A DNA stretch of 63,341 bases, filler included, from Craspedostauros australis (lineage: Eukaryota): NCBI GenBank assembly GCA_030167865.1. It is 13 parts of 13 records of this genome, joined end to end, with 100 filler letters (N's around TTAATTAATTAA, not from the genome) between each part and the next. Parts side by side here need not be neighbours in the genome. Positions count along the whole stretch, not along the records: positions 23,023 to 48,857 come from JALAGF010005792.1; 12 more parts are not named here. One strand, given 5' to 3'. The position numbers and the translations under genes were made by a program. A model generated the notes under the pieces. The model was not told the origin of the DNA. It searched no databases and was given only the letters and a program-made list of their open reading frames with translations. This document shows positions 24,857 through 34,309 of this stretch, in pieces. Position 1 is the stretch's first letter. Every line of letters starts with the position of its first letter.

Positions 24857-27800
24857 ATGAGGGTCCCAACCAGCGCGTCCTGGAAGGTCCAGGCAGCATC
24901 CAAGATCCTCGGCTCCTTGAATGCATTCTCCGTCATCATCCTACTCACGGGGCTGCTCACATCGTTCGCGTTCGTTCTGCCTCCCAGCATCCCGCAACCA
25001 TTCAGGAGGACGTTCGCTCTGCCCGCAGCCTCGCCGTCCGAACCACCACCGCCCGAATTCGGAATGGCGGACATACCAGGCATCAACGGGTACACCCTTG
25101 GCAAGCACCCTCACTTCGCGAAGGGCAGAGGCTTCCTCATCAATCCGAAGACAGATCTGGAAAAGCCAGAAGACTTGCTGAAGCGACCGGCCGTGCCGAA
25201 GGGGATCAACGGCGTCAACGCTGGCAACAATGGGAATCTTCCAGGTCGCGACCAGCAGTACACCAACAGGAACCGACAGCCGGCACAACCACAGCAGCAG
25301 CAACAACAACAACCAAGTCAACAATACGAACAGCAATTCCAGCAGTACCAACAGTACAATCCACAACAACAGTCACCGCCGCCGCAGCAGCAGCAGCCGC
25401 CACCGCCTCCACCAGAATCCCAAAACTGGATGGGCAAACCCTGGCCAACTCCACCGCCTCCGTACGACACCATCCCCTCCACGGCGTCGCAACATCCTCC
25501 GCAGCCCTACCAACAACAGCAGTACCAGCAACCACCGCAACAACCACCACCACCACCGCAACAACAACAGGCTCAGCCATATCAAGGTCAGCCGGACGCT
25601 GATCAACTCTACCAAGGCCAACAGCAGTACGCTCAACCAGCGTATCCCGGTCAACCATTTCCGGACCAGCAGTACGACTATAATGCTCAACAAGACCAAC
25701 AACCGCAGCAGCAGCAGCAGGTGACGGCAACGCCAAGCGCACCACCACACGACGACGTTACCTCCTTGCTCTTTGGCCCATCTGAGATTGGCTTCTTCAC
25801 CAAGTGCTTCGAGATCCTGGGGTGGGACGATACAAAGAGCCGCAGCTTCCTTCGCATCTATCTGGAGGCACGCGAATCCCTTGCCTACCTCAAGAGCTCT
25901 GTTGACGGCGAAGGTGCCTTGCCAGCCGAAGCGGAAGTGCCCAAGATCCCTCGAGCAGGCAAGAACATCAAGTCCGATCTCTACTTCATCCTGGAATACA
26001 CCATCCGCGACCTCGTCAAGGACAAGGACTGGGGAAATATGTTCTTCTTCTTCCAGTACGAGGTCGTCAACACAGGAGCCTGCATCATGAACCTCCCGTC
26101 GCCAAGGACCGACAAGAACAGTTGCCTCAGCGACATCCGTCATCTCTTCATCAACCACGATGTCAAAAGTCTCACCATCCAGTACTACAGCAAGGCATGG
26201 GCGGTCAGCCCCGAAGACATCAAGGTGGGCGCAGCCGACCTAGGCAGCTGGAAGAAGAGGTTCGAAGACAACTTCCCGGATGATGACCAGGCGACATACC
26301 GCGCCATCGAGAATCATCTGGCGAAGACCGTCAAGAAGACCGTCAACAGCATCGACGAAGATGCTCAAGAATACGACACCAACCTCGTAGAGCCCTACAA
26401 CCAACGACCGCCGATGGAGGCACTGATGGATGCCCCGTGCAATTCCAGTGCTCTCGTCGTGGCTGGCGAGAAGGGCAGCGGTCGTGGCAATGCTCTCTAC
26501 GCCGCCACCAGCTTCGAACCGGATCTCACCAGGCTCTTCGTCACCATGCCAGAGATCGAGAAATCGGCAATGGTCATGACGGGCGAAGAGAAGGAGCGCC
26601 TCCAGATCGTGGAAGACATGCTGGCCTGCATCCAGGACAACAAGCTAGACTCGGGAGACATGAAGGACGTCATGGAGACGCTCTATCGAGTCAAGACCGG
26701 TTGCTACAGGAACCGCAACCAATGGACCAAGAAGGAGCTCTACTCCCAGATTGGCAAGGCACTGGACGGCTCATGCACGGAATGGTTCGAAAAGAACGAC
26801 ATCACCATGCCTGGAAGCGTCCTGATCGTCGTGGACGACGTGGGGCGGAAACGTGACTGCACTCTCGCTTTGGTCGACATTCACCGCGACCTCAAGTACG
26901 ATCTTCTCTACCGTCGCAAGATCGCCAAGAACTGCGGCTTCGTCTTCTGCGGCGTGACGGCCGATGACATCGCCAACAAGACCGACATCGAATGCCTTGG
27001 CATGTACCGCACCCAGACCATCCTCATGAGAACGGAGAAGATCAAGACAGAGAACATCGAGTACTCCGAGCTCATTGCTCAGAAGGATTACTCCGAGGCT
27101 GTGACCGAGAACATCAGGATGCTGTCCCAAGGCATCCACAAGGTCGTGCAGAGCGAGATCCTCAAGCTCTTTTCCACTCCCTTCACGAACGACCGCCTGC
27201 CTGAGACCTCGAGCAGCGAGAAGCAAGGGGTCGACTACGCCACGATGCTGAACACCATGTTCAGGGACGATGTCATCGTTGACTACGTCTTCAGCCGATT
27301 CAACAGCCTCGACAAGATGAACGCCCTTCCCAAGAACCAAGACCACGGCGTCAGCGACAAGTCCTTCCAAGACCTCCTGAAGGAGTCGGTGCCCTCCATG
27401 AACACGGACAGGGATACCAACATTCGAGTGCAAGGCGGCATTAACAGGCCTCCCATGCCAGTTGCCAACGGTCAATACGTCCATGCCAGCGGCAACACGA
27501 ATCAAGTCAACGAAGCCCATCGCAGCGTCGTCCATTCCAACGGAGCCTACCAGAATGGAGCCGAGCTCAATGGCGCCCACTCCAACGGCTACCAGAATGG
27601 TGCACACTCCAACGGAGCCTACGGAAATGGTGGTTATGGCAATGGGCCCTACTCCGACAGTGCTCATCAGAACGGCCCCTACCAGAATGGCGCTGAACAG
27701 AATGGAGCGTACCAAAACGGCAGCCACCAATACGGTGCGTACCAGAACGGCGCCCACTCCAATGGCGCACCACAGAACGGTGCGTACCAAAATAGCTCTC

Positions 27801-29926
27801 GTCAGAATGGCGCAGGCCAACCTGATCCAGGGTATGTCAACGGCGCACCACAGAACGGAGCTCCACCGAACGGAGCTTATCAGACTGGCAACCAGCAGAG
27901 TGGTTCTTATCAGCAGGGTGCACAACAAGCTGGAGGTTATCAGAATGGAGCTACCCAGAACGGTGCTCGCCAAAATGATGCTCACTCCAACGGAGCCTAC
28001 CAGAATGGCGCCCAACAAGCTCAGGCTTTTCAGAGTGGGGCTCAATCCAACGGTGCTACCCAGAATGGTGCTCACTCCAACGCAGCCTACCAGAATGGTG
28101 CCGCCCCCAATGGAATGCAGCAACCTGGTTCCGCACAGCCTAGACCTCACGCCAACGGTGCCCAGCAGAACGGGGCTGCCCAGAATGCTGCCCACCAAGC
28201 TGGAACCTATTCCAACGGAGCCCAACAAAATGGCGTTCACCGGAATCCTGCCCAGTCCAATGAATTTCCGCAGAACGGTGCTCATCAGACCGGGGCTTAC
28301 TCCAACGGAGCTGCATACAATGGTAATCAGCAAAACGGGAGCCATCAGAACGGTGCATCGCAACACGTCCCTCATCAGACCAGCGCTCAACAGCATGGTG
28401 CCCGTCAGAACTCGGCACAACAAGGTTCTGTCCCTGTCAATCGGGCTCAGCAGAATGCAGCCCAGCAGAATGCAGCCCAGCAGAATGCAGCTCAGCAGAA
28501 TGCAGCTCAGCAGAATGCAGCCCAGCAAAACAATGTTCGTCAGAACTCGGCGCCAACGGATGCAGTTCATTTCAGCGGAGCTCAGCAGAATAGAGCTCAA
28601 CAGACTGGAGCTCCACAGAATGCAGCTCGCCGTGGAGACGATCGCTCTCATCGACCTCAACGAATTGAAACTCAACAGAATGTCGTCCCCCAGAACCATA
28701 GTACTCAGAACGGACCTGGACAGAGCACGAGGCAGCAAAACACACAACTGCCCACAAGTCACCGCAACGAAGCTCAACACCAGAAGGCCCGGACAAACGA
28801 AGCTCAACAGAATCAAGTTCAACAGAACCAAGCTCAACAGAATCAAGTTCAACAGAATCAAGTTCGACCGAACCAAGTTCAACAACAGCAGGCGAAACGC
28901 ACCCGGGCTCAGCGGAACGAAATGCGCCGAACTGCGGTCCAGCAGAACTTTGCGCAGCAGGCACCAAAACCTGACAAGCCTGCCGCCAACGTTAAGCCAC
29001 CTGCGCCACAGCAAGCTGTTCCAACAGAACCAGTTGCTGTTCCGAAGGCAAGACGACAAGAAGGCAGCTTGGTCTTCAAGGATGTCGTCGCGTGCCACAT
29101 CCATCGATTGCTGAAAACGGCTGACACTGGCACTGAAGTCGACCAGTACATCCTGAACGCACCGTGGGCCCCAGTGCTCACCGATCCCTTGGCCTCGCAG
29201 TACATCCCAAGTTTTAATACGGCCGCTCACAGGCACGATCTTGCCAGCATCGCCAAAGCAGTCATGGGCGCCAACGGAGCTCCTGCCAACTCGATCATCA
29301 TCCGCCAAGGTTCTCCGTCAGCCCAAGGCGCCGACATGTTCATCCTCATCAAGGATCCCACCAGGGCGAGCTATCGCCTCGACATCATCCAAGCCAAGAA
29401 CTACCACGACATCAGCGACAAGGATGTCAACGAGATGATTTCCAAGCTCGGGGCAGTCACATCGAGAGGCACAAAAACTGGATTCGAGCCCGATGACACT
29501 GATGCAAGGTTCGATGCCAGCGTGTATCGAACGCAGGATCCGAAGCAAGATGCTATGGAGACAAGCCATCTGCTCTCGGACTTGGTGTCATGGGGCACGA
29601 ATTCAAGGAATCGGATGAGGGATATCAAGAATGCGCACATCGCCCGCTTAGCCGCGACGTATCTGCGCGAGCATCTATCCCATCTCATCAACCAACCAAT
29701 CGTGACGGGGGATCGCATCCTCGTGGTGAACTGCAAGTCTATCGACAAGGGGCATAAGATCAAGTCCGTCAACGGTATCGTCGTCTGGACGAACGAATTC
29801 CTCGAACCGACCCTGTCGGAATTCAATGTGGGCGACCAGGAGGAAGAATCGTCGGTCGCTCTCAACGACGTCGAAGGTGACATCTGCGACGCCGCCGCAT
29901 ACTACCAACAGGGGATTCGTCACTGA
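24857..29926 (+). CDS. 1689-aa protein: signal peptide - P/Q-rich region - degenerate P-loop NTPase - N/Q/G-rich pentapeptide repeats - PD-(D/E)xK-like nuclease (Crinkler/CR-effector-like)
   Basis: Uninterrupted 5-kb ORF with LVVAGEKGSGRG (~26465), VLIVVDD (~26820) and GADMFILI...LDIIQAKNY (~29327-29404). Confidence 0.75.
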   Translation: MRVPTSASWKVQAASKILGSLNAFSVIILLTGLLTSFAFVLPPSIPQPFRRTFALPAASPSEPPPPEFGMADIPGINGYTLGKHPHFAKGRGFLINPKTDLEKPEDLLKRPAVPKGINGVNAGNNGNLPGRDQQYTNRNRQPAQPQQQQQQQPSQQYEQQFQQYQQYNPQQQSPPPQQQQPPPPPPESQNWMGKPWPTPPPPYDTIPSTASQHPPQPYQQQQYQQPPQQPPPPPQQQQAQPYQGQPDADQLYQGQQQYAQPAYPGQPFPDQQYDYNAQQDQQPQQQQQVTATPSAPPHDDVTSLLFGPSEIGFFTKCFEILGWDDTKSRSFLRIYLEARESLAYLKSSVDGEGALPAEAEVPKIPRAGKNIKSDLYFILEYTIRDLVKDKDWGNMFFFFQYEVVNTGACIMNLPSPRTDKNSCLSDIRHLFINHDVKSLTIQYYSKAWAVSPEDIKVGAADLGSWKKRFEDNFPDDDQATYRAIENHLAKTVKKTVNSIDEDAQEYDTNLVEPYNQRPPMEALMDAPCNSSALVVAGEKGSGRGNALYAATSFEPDLTRLFVTMPEIEKSAMVMTGEEKERLQIVEDMLACIQDNKLDSGDMKDVMETLYRVKTGCYRNRNQWTKKELYSQIGKALDGSCTEWFEKNDITMPGSVLIVVDDVGRKRDCTLALVDIHRDLKYDLLYRRKIAKNCGFVFCGVTADDIANKTDIECLGMYRTQTILMRTEKIKTENIEYSELIAQKDYSEAVTENIRMLSQGIHKVVQSEILKLFSTPFTNDRLPETSSSEKQGVDYATMLNTMFRDDVIVDYVFSRFNSLDKMNALPKNQDHGVSDKSFQDLLKESVPSMNTDRDTNIRVQGGINRPPMPVANGQYVHASGNTNQVNEAHRSVVHSNGAYQNGAELNGAHSNGYQNGAHSNGAYGNGGYGNGPYSDSAHQNGPYQNGAEQNGAYQNGSHQYGAYQNGAHSNGAPQNGAYQNSSRQNGAGQPDPGYVNGAPQNGAPPNGAYQTGNQQSGSYQQGAQQAGGYQNGATQNGARQNDAHSNGAYQNGAQQAQAFQSGAQSNGATQNGAHSNAAYQNGAAPNGMQQPGSAQPRPHANGAQQNGAAQNAAHQAGTYSNGAQQNGVHRNPAQSNEFPQNGAHQTGAYSNGAAYNGNQQNGSHQNGASQHVPHQTSAQQHGARQNSAQQGSVPVNRAQQNAAQQNAAQQNAAQQNAAQQNAAQQNNVRQNSAPTDAVHFSGAQQNRAQQTGAPQNAARRGDDRSHRPQRIETQQNVVPQNHSTQNGPGQSTRQQNTQLPTSHRNEAQHQKARTNEAQQNQVQQNQAQQNQVQQNQVRPNQVQQQQAKRTRAQRNEMRRTAVQQNFAQQAPKPDKPAANVKPPAPQQAVPTEPVAVPKARRQEGSLVFKDVVACHIHRLLKTADTGTEVDQYILNAPWAPVLTDPLASQYIPSFNTAAHRHDLASIAKAVMGANGAPANSIIIRQGSPSAQGADMFILIKDPTRASYRLDIIQAKNYHDISDKDVNEMISKLGAVTSRGTKTGFEPDDTDARFDASVYRTQDPKQDAMETSHLLSDLVSWGTNSRNRMRDIKNAHIARLAATYLREHLSHLINQPIVTGDRILVVNCKSIDKGHKIKSVNGIVVWTNEFLEPTLSEFNVGDQEEESSVALNDVEGDICDAAAYYQQGIRH
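27530..28900 (+). repeat. Coding pentapeptide repeats (NGAYQ/NGAHS/NGAQQ, then QQNAA x5, then QQNQV)
   Basis: Visible 15-bp periodicity, e.g. CAGCAGAATGCAGC(C/T). Confidence 0.9.
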
Positions 29927-30565
29927 ATGAACTTTCAAATGTACGTACAATCTGAGCATCAGCATCAACTCACACACTTGCAAACTTACGAGTAGGTACG
30001 AGTATGCATGATTTTGCATGGTACCTTGTGAGCATGCATGCGAACACGGATACGTTCGACACCACATACATAGCTAGCTGCGCTCAATTTGAGGGGGATT
30101 GCCTGCCGCAGCATCACGAAACCAAGTATCGTAGCAGCATGCTGACGCATGCACACCCATGGGAAAACACATACATGCATCAACAGCACGATCGGCCACG
30201 GAAAGCGCAGAGGATTCAAGATATCCGACCGAATCAAGTCATCCGTCCACATGTACTACTAGAACTTGCGCAGATGAAAACACACGACAGCAACATCAAC
30301 GACAACGTCAACGTCAACACTGTGCTCTCAGCTGAGACGGAATACTAGTGCATGCACTTCACTGCATGCAAGGGGGGAAACGGCTGTAAACCATGAGCTC
30401 TGCATACATGTAAGGGACCTTCATAATTGTAATTTAACTGTATGTTGAATACAGAGAGTCTGTCTTGAGAAGTGTCATGCCGTTGGGAATGAACAATCAA
30501 CTTGTCACATGCACACGCTCTCGGTTGTTGCTTCGTTGGGACAATAAATGAAACAAGGGAGCAGA

Positions 30566-32551
30566 TCAAGACGATCCCTCGGGTGGAGGCGGCGGTGGTG
30601 GCGCTGTCCCATCTTTCCACACATCGGGCAGCAGCTCGTCTGGGATCATCATCTCGTGACGGAACGACCACACCTTGTGATGATCACGTTCGTACGAAAT
30701 GTCGGAGAAGATGAAAGCCTGGAGCGGCAAATCGAATAGGATCTGCCCCGTCGGCCGTGGTTCGCACACTTCGCTGGATGATCGATCTAACACCCCGTTG
30801 CGTTTTATGACCTGCATTTCCACATTGACCCATTCCTCCAGCAGCTCCGCGGTGTAGGTTCCGGCATCGTCATTCCGCAGCAGAATGCGGCAAGCGGCGT
30901 CACCATCCTCGTCGTCTTCTATGTCTTTTTTGCTTCGATGCTTCTCACTAGAGTCGTCGTCATCATCGTCGCCGTCGCTGACATCATGGTCTTTGATGTA
31001 AGACGATCGACATCTCAGATGGACACTGTCATGTTCGTAGGGCCGTTCATACCACGTCCTCAACGTCAGCGTCTCCATCATGTTCAATTCGTAGGCTGGA
31101 ATGTAATTGGGCCGCGGTGGATCCCACGCCGCCACATGCGCATCCCATGCCTGCTGCCACTCGTCGCCATAATCCAGAAACACTTCTTCGCCTTCCGCAA
31201 TGTCGCGCAACGCCACGTAATCGAATGCCAACCCGCTGCGGTACTGCGATCCCCATTCGTCGATGGGTTGTTCCAGCCACTCCTTGTTGCGCATGTCGTC
31301 AGCCCATGCGATCTTGGCGTTGGCATGCTCTTGGGAATGGTTGATGTCGAAATTGAGCACGCCGTACGGACACAGCAGCAGCCGAGTTTTCGGATGGCCG
31401 AAGCAGTAATTGAGCAGCAACTGCCAATGCTCCGGTCGGTCGGTATCGGCCACGTGATGGTTTCCATCGACCTTGATCGAGTACATGCGCAAGACATCGC
31501 GTTCTGGAATATGAATGAGAGGTGCCGGTGTGATGACGGAGCCTGCGGCAAGCGGACGTGTCGCGAACACACCGCGCCCCGCACCAGGAATCGTGCTGAT
31601 GCCGGTATCGATGTTGTCCATGCACTTGCCATGCTCCCGCAGCCACTCGACGCTCCTGATGCTGGTATTCAGGTGCTGCAGGGAAGTTCCGCCGGCCTCG
31701 AGAATCCGCGGCACGTCGGACACATTCGTTGGCAGCGCATTCAGCGTGCGGGATGTCGTCCATGCCGTTTTCACGTCGTCCAGGACCGTGAACAGCGATG
31801 CGGTCCAGTCTCCTGTTTGATTCGTCGATGAGTCGATTTCAGCGGTGGAAGCATCGGGTTGCTGCTCACGATCATCTTCGCCATACCGTTTCTTCAATCG
31901 AAGGTAATCGTGGAGCAGCTTATCGGCTTCTCTATAGTTCTTCACAAAGGGTATGTATCCGTACACGCGCGTGCGACTTTGAAAGTAGCCCTCGCCGTAG
32001 CTGACGTAGAGCTCCGTTCCAGGCTGGATGTCACGCGTGGCCGCCACCTGCCGACCGCTGAAGGGCGTGAAGGAACCGATCGACGGTGACTGCGACGAAG
32101 CTCCCGACGCGATAGGACGCAAGTAATCGACCTGGCTGTCGGCCACGTTCGTCAGCGGCATCCAGCAGTTGGGCAGAGCACCGAAGCCGCTCGACGCAAA
32201 GTGCATCGTGCTCTCGGAGTCCTCAATGTCGGCATCCATGTCATCGGAGACATCCGACGACCACGTGTACTCGTTCCAAAGGAACCTGGCGTAGCTTTCG
32301 CTGTTGTGCCATTCGAATTCGTAGATGGGCACGGCGCTGTCGCTGGGACCGACGGGCTCGCCTGTCCTGTAGGCTCGATCGCCGGCGAACATGCCGAGTC
32401 CGGCACCTGGGATGGTGGATTCCGCCAGGTAGAGGCCACATTGTGATGGCTCCTGTTCCTCGGAAGCCAATGCTAATGATGGCAGCGATGTCAGAATCAG
32501 CGATGGCAACAAGCACGCTGAGATAGCGTGCAGGGGCTTCGTCGTTATCAT
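30566..32551 (-). CDS. Secretory tandem SET-domain protein (diatom BacSET-like methyltransferase)
   Basis: Two SET units: STIPGAGLGMFA..ELYVSYG and STIPGAGRGVFA..INHS..EEVFLDYG. Hydrophobic leader from the Met at 32551; the ORF is open back to 32815, so the start is uncertain. Confidence 0.85.
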   Translation of the reverse strand: MITTKPLHAISACLLPSLILTSLPSLALASEEQEPSQCGLYLAESTIPGAGLGMFAGDRAYRTGEPVGPSDSAVPIYEFEWHNSESYARFLWNEYTWSSDVSDDMDADIEDSESTMHFASSGFGALPNCWMPLTNVADSQVDYLRPIASGASSQSPSIGSFTPFSGRQVAATRDIQPGTELYVSYGEGYFQSRTRVYGYIPFVKNYREADKLLHDYLRLKKRYGEDDREQQPDASTAEIDSSTNQTGDWTASLFTVLDDVKTAWTTSRTLNALPTNVSDVPRILEAGGTSLQHLNTSIRSVEWLREHGKCMDNIDTGISTIPGAGRGVFATRPLAAGSVITPAPLIHIPERDVLRMYSIKVDGNHHVADTDRPEHWQLLLNYCFGHPKTRLLLCPYGVLNFDINHSQEHANAKIAWADDMRNKEWLEQPIDEWGSQYRSGLAFDYVALRDIAEGEEVFLDYGDEWQQAWDAHVAAWDPPRPNYIPAYELNMMETLTLRTWYERPYEHDSVHLRCRSSYIKDHDVSDGDDDDDDSSEKHRSKKDIEDDEDGDAACRILLRNDDAGTYTAELLEEWVNVEMQVIKRNGVLDRSSSEVCEPRPTGQILFDLPLQAFIFSDISYERDHHKVWSFRHEMMIPDELLPDVWKDGTAPPPPPPPEGSS

Positions 32552-32854
32552 CCTCATCACAGTCATCGTTTCCGATTGGTTATGGTTGTGGCCGTTGGTT
32601 TGCAGCTCTCGTGCTCTTTGGATTGTCGTCATTGTCATCACATCTGACGAAGTCGAAGTTTCCGTTCGGATTTGCACGTTGCAATGACATCGCGCAAAAA
32701 CATGCCGTCTCATGATTGTTGCGATCGTGTATGTTGTATCATGCTTCTTGGTTCGTTCTTGAATGATTGACCACTTCATCGCGGGTATGGTGTTATTCCT
32801 TCGTCTATCCTGCATTTTAGAATGGCTTCATGCCAATAAGTTGCCTTGCCATAG

Positions 32855-32882
32855 CTCTCTCTCTCTCTCTCTCTCTCTCTCT
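32855..32882. repeat. (CT)14 microsatellite in a divergent intergenic region
   Basis: Directly visible. Confidence 0.95.
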
Positions 32883-33153
32883 AGAAAGAGATCTATCTAT
32901 TAAAAGGAGACTATACTCAATCGGAGTCTAAATGGTACAATAACCGTAAAATAACGTTTTTGGATCCAACATTAGTCAAAGCGATCGAACGACAAACTCA
33001 TGACTCGCGGTCACGATACTCTGTTCGCGCCAAAAATCATGGAGATGATGTCAACAACACCATGAAATCGAAACAACAACAGCAACATGATGACATCAAA
33101 TTTCGCCATTTCGTATCAAGCAACAGTGGATTACCCGACATATTTAGGAGCAG

Positions 33154-34065
33154 ATGCAAACCAGAACAGCTCCATTCTTCTCATTAACAGCAACGCCAAT
33201 CCTTTTGCTGCTCTGCGCGTCACTGTTCATCGCGGCAGATTCGTTTGCGTTGCCACGATCGAGGGCGCAGCGTACTGGTGCGTCGCCATCTTCTGTTGCG
33301 AACGGGACGAGTCTCTGGGGAACCGCATCTTCGGACGACGATACTGCACAGTCATTCAAACATAGAACTATTGCCAACAGCGTCATTAGCAGCAGCAGTG
33401 TCATCAATAGATCGAAGATGGGCAAACCCTCCAACCTCAAGATCTACGTCGCGAGGCACGGCCAGGATCTGGATAATCAGAATGGCATTCTGAATGGACA
33501 TCGCGATCAGCCGTTGACAGAAATTGGGCGACAGCAAGCACAGACCGCGGCCAGCAAGATCAAGGACAACACGTCGCTGCGGTTCGATCACATCTTCGCA
33601 TCGCCGCTGCAGCGCGCCAAATCGACGGCCGACGTAATCGCCGCCGCGCTCGGCATGGACGGCGCAGTTCAAGTGTTGCCCGATCTCATCGAACGCGATT
33701 TAGGCGTCATGTCGGGTGTGCCGATCAAGGAGATTCGCGAACGCTGCAGTCCCGACGTGTTGGAGACGGAAACGATCTGCTACTTCCTCAATCCCGCCGG
33801 TGCAGAGACCTTTCCGGACCTTGTGCAGCGTGCGAAACGGCTCTTGCAGGGACTACGCGAGAAGTTCCGAAATGATCATGACGCAACGATCCTGTTGGTG
33901 ACGCATGGTGATTTTGGGAAGATGCTGTATGCAGCGTACTACGACTTGGATTGGAAGGATGTCATTCAGCAGTTCCACTTTGGGAATTCGGAGGTCGTGC
34001 TGCTGTCGAAGGATTCTGCGCCGGAGGATGCTCACGTCTTCAAGATTCAGCAGCACAATTCTTGA
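33154..34065 (+). CDS. Histidine phosphatase (phosphoglycerate mutase family), probable bipartite plastid presequence
   Basis: VARHGQ, SPLQRA, IERDLG and LVTHG motifs; hydrophobic leader ending ADS-FALP, then an R/S-rich stretch. An alternative Met lies at 33418. Confidence 0.88.
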   Translation: MQTRTAPFFSLTATPILLLLCASLFIAADSFALPRSRAQRTGASPSSVANGTSLWGTASSDDDTAQSFKHRTIANSVISSSSVINRSKMGKPSNLKIYVARHGQDLDNQNGILNGHRDQPLTEIGRQQAQTAASKIKDNTSLRFDHIFASPLQRAKSTADVIAAALGMDGAVQVLPDLIERDLGVMSGVPIKEIRERCSPDVLETETICYFLNPAGAETFPDLVQRAKRLLQGLREKFRNDHDATILLVTHGDFGKMLYAAYYDLDWKDVIQQFHFGNSEVVLLSKDSAPEDAHVFKIQQHNS

Positions 34066-34309
34066 TTGCGACATGAGCGGCAGCGACGGCGTCACAAACA
34101 ACACACGTCATGCTCGTGCGTGTACTTTTTCCAGAGAGTCGTTGCTTGGGGAGTCCAATTTAGATCACTCTCAGATACACACATGCACGTAGTACGAGTA
34201 GAGTAGAGCTGCGGACAGTACGACAAGTTTCCCAGTTCAACTGTTATACATGATTGAAAGAAGTTGATGTTCCACATACAAGTACGTGCGTGCACATGCT
34301 ACATCACAG

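Noticed and set aside
26771..29308. Long antisense and alternate-frame ORFs (845 aa, 550 aa; likewise over 45229-45846 and the cyclases)
   Set aside because: Shadows of repetitive or codon-biased sense genes, with no independent motifs.
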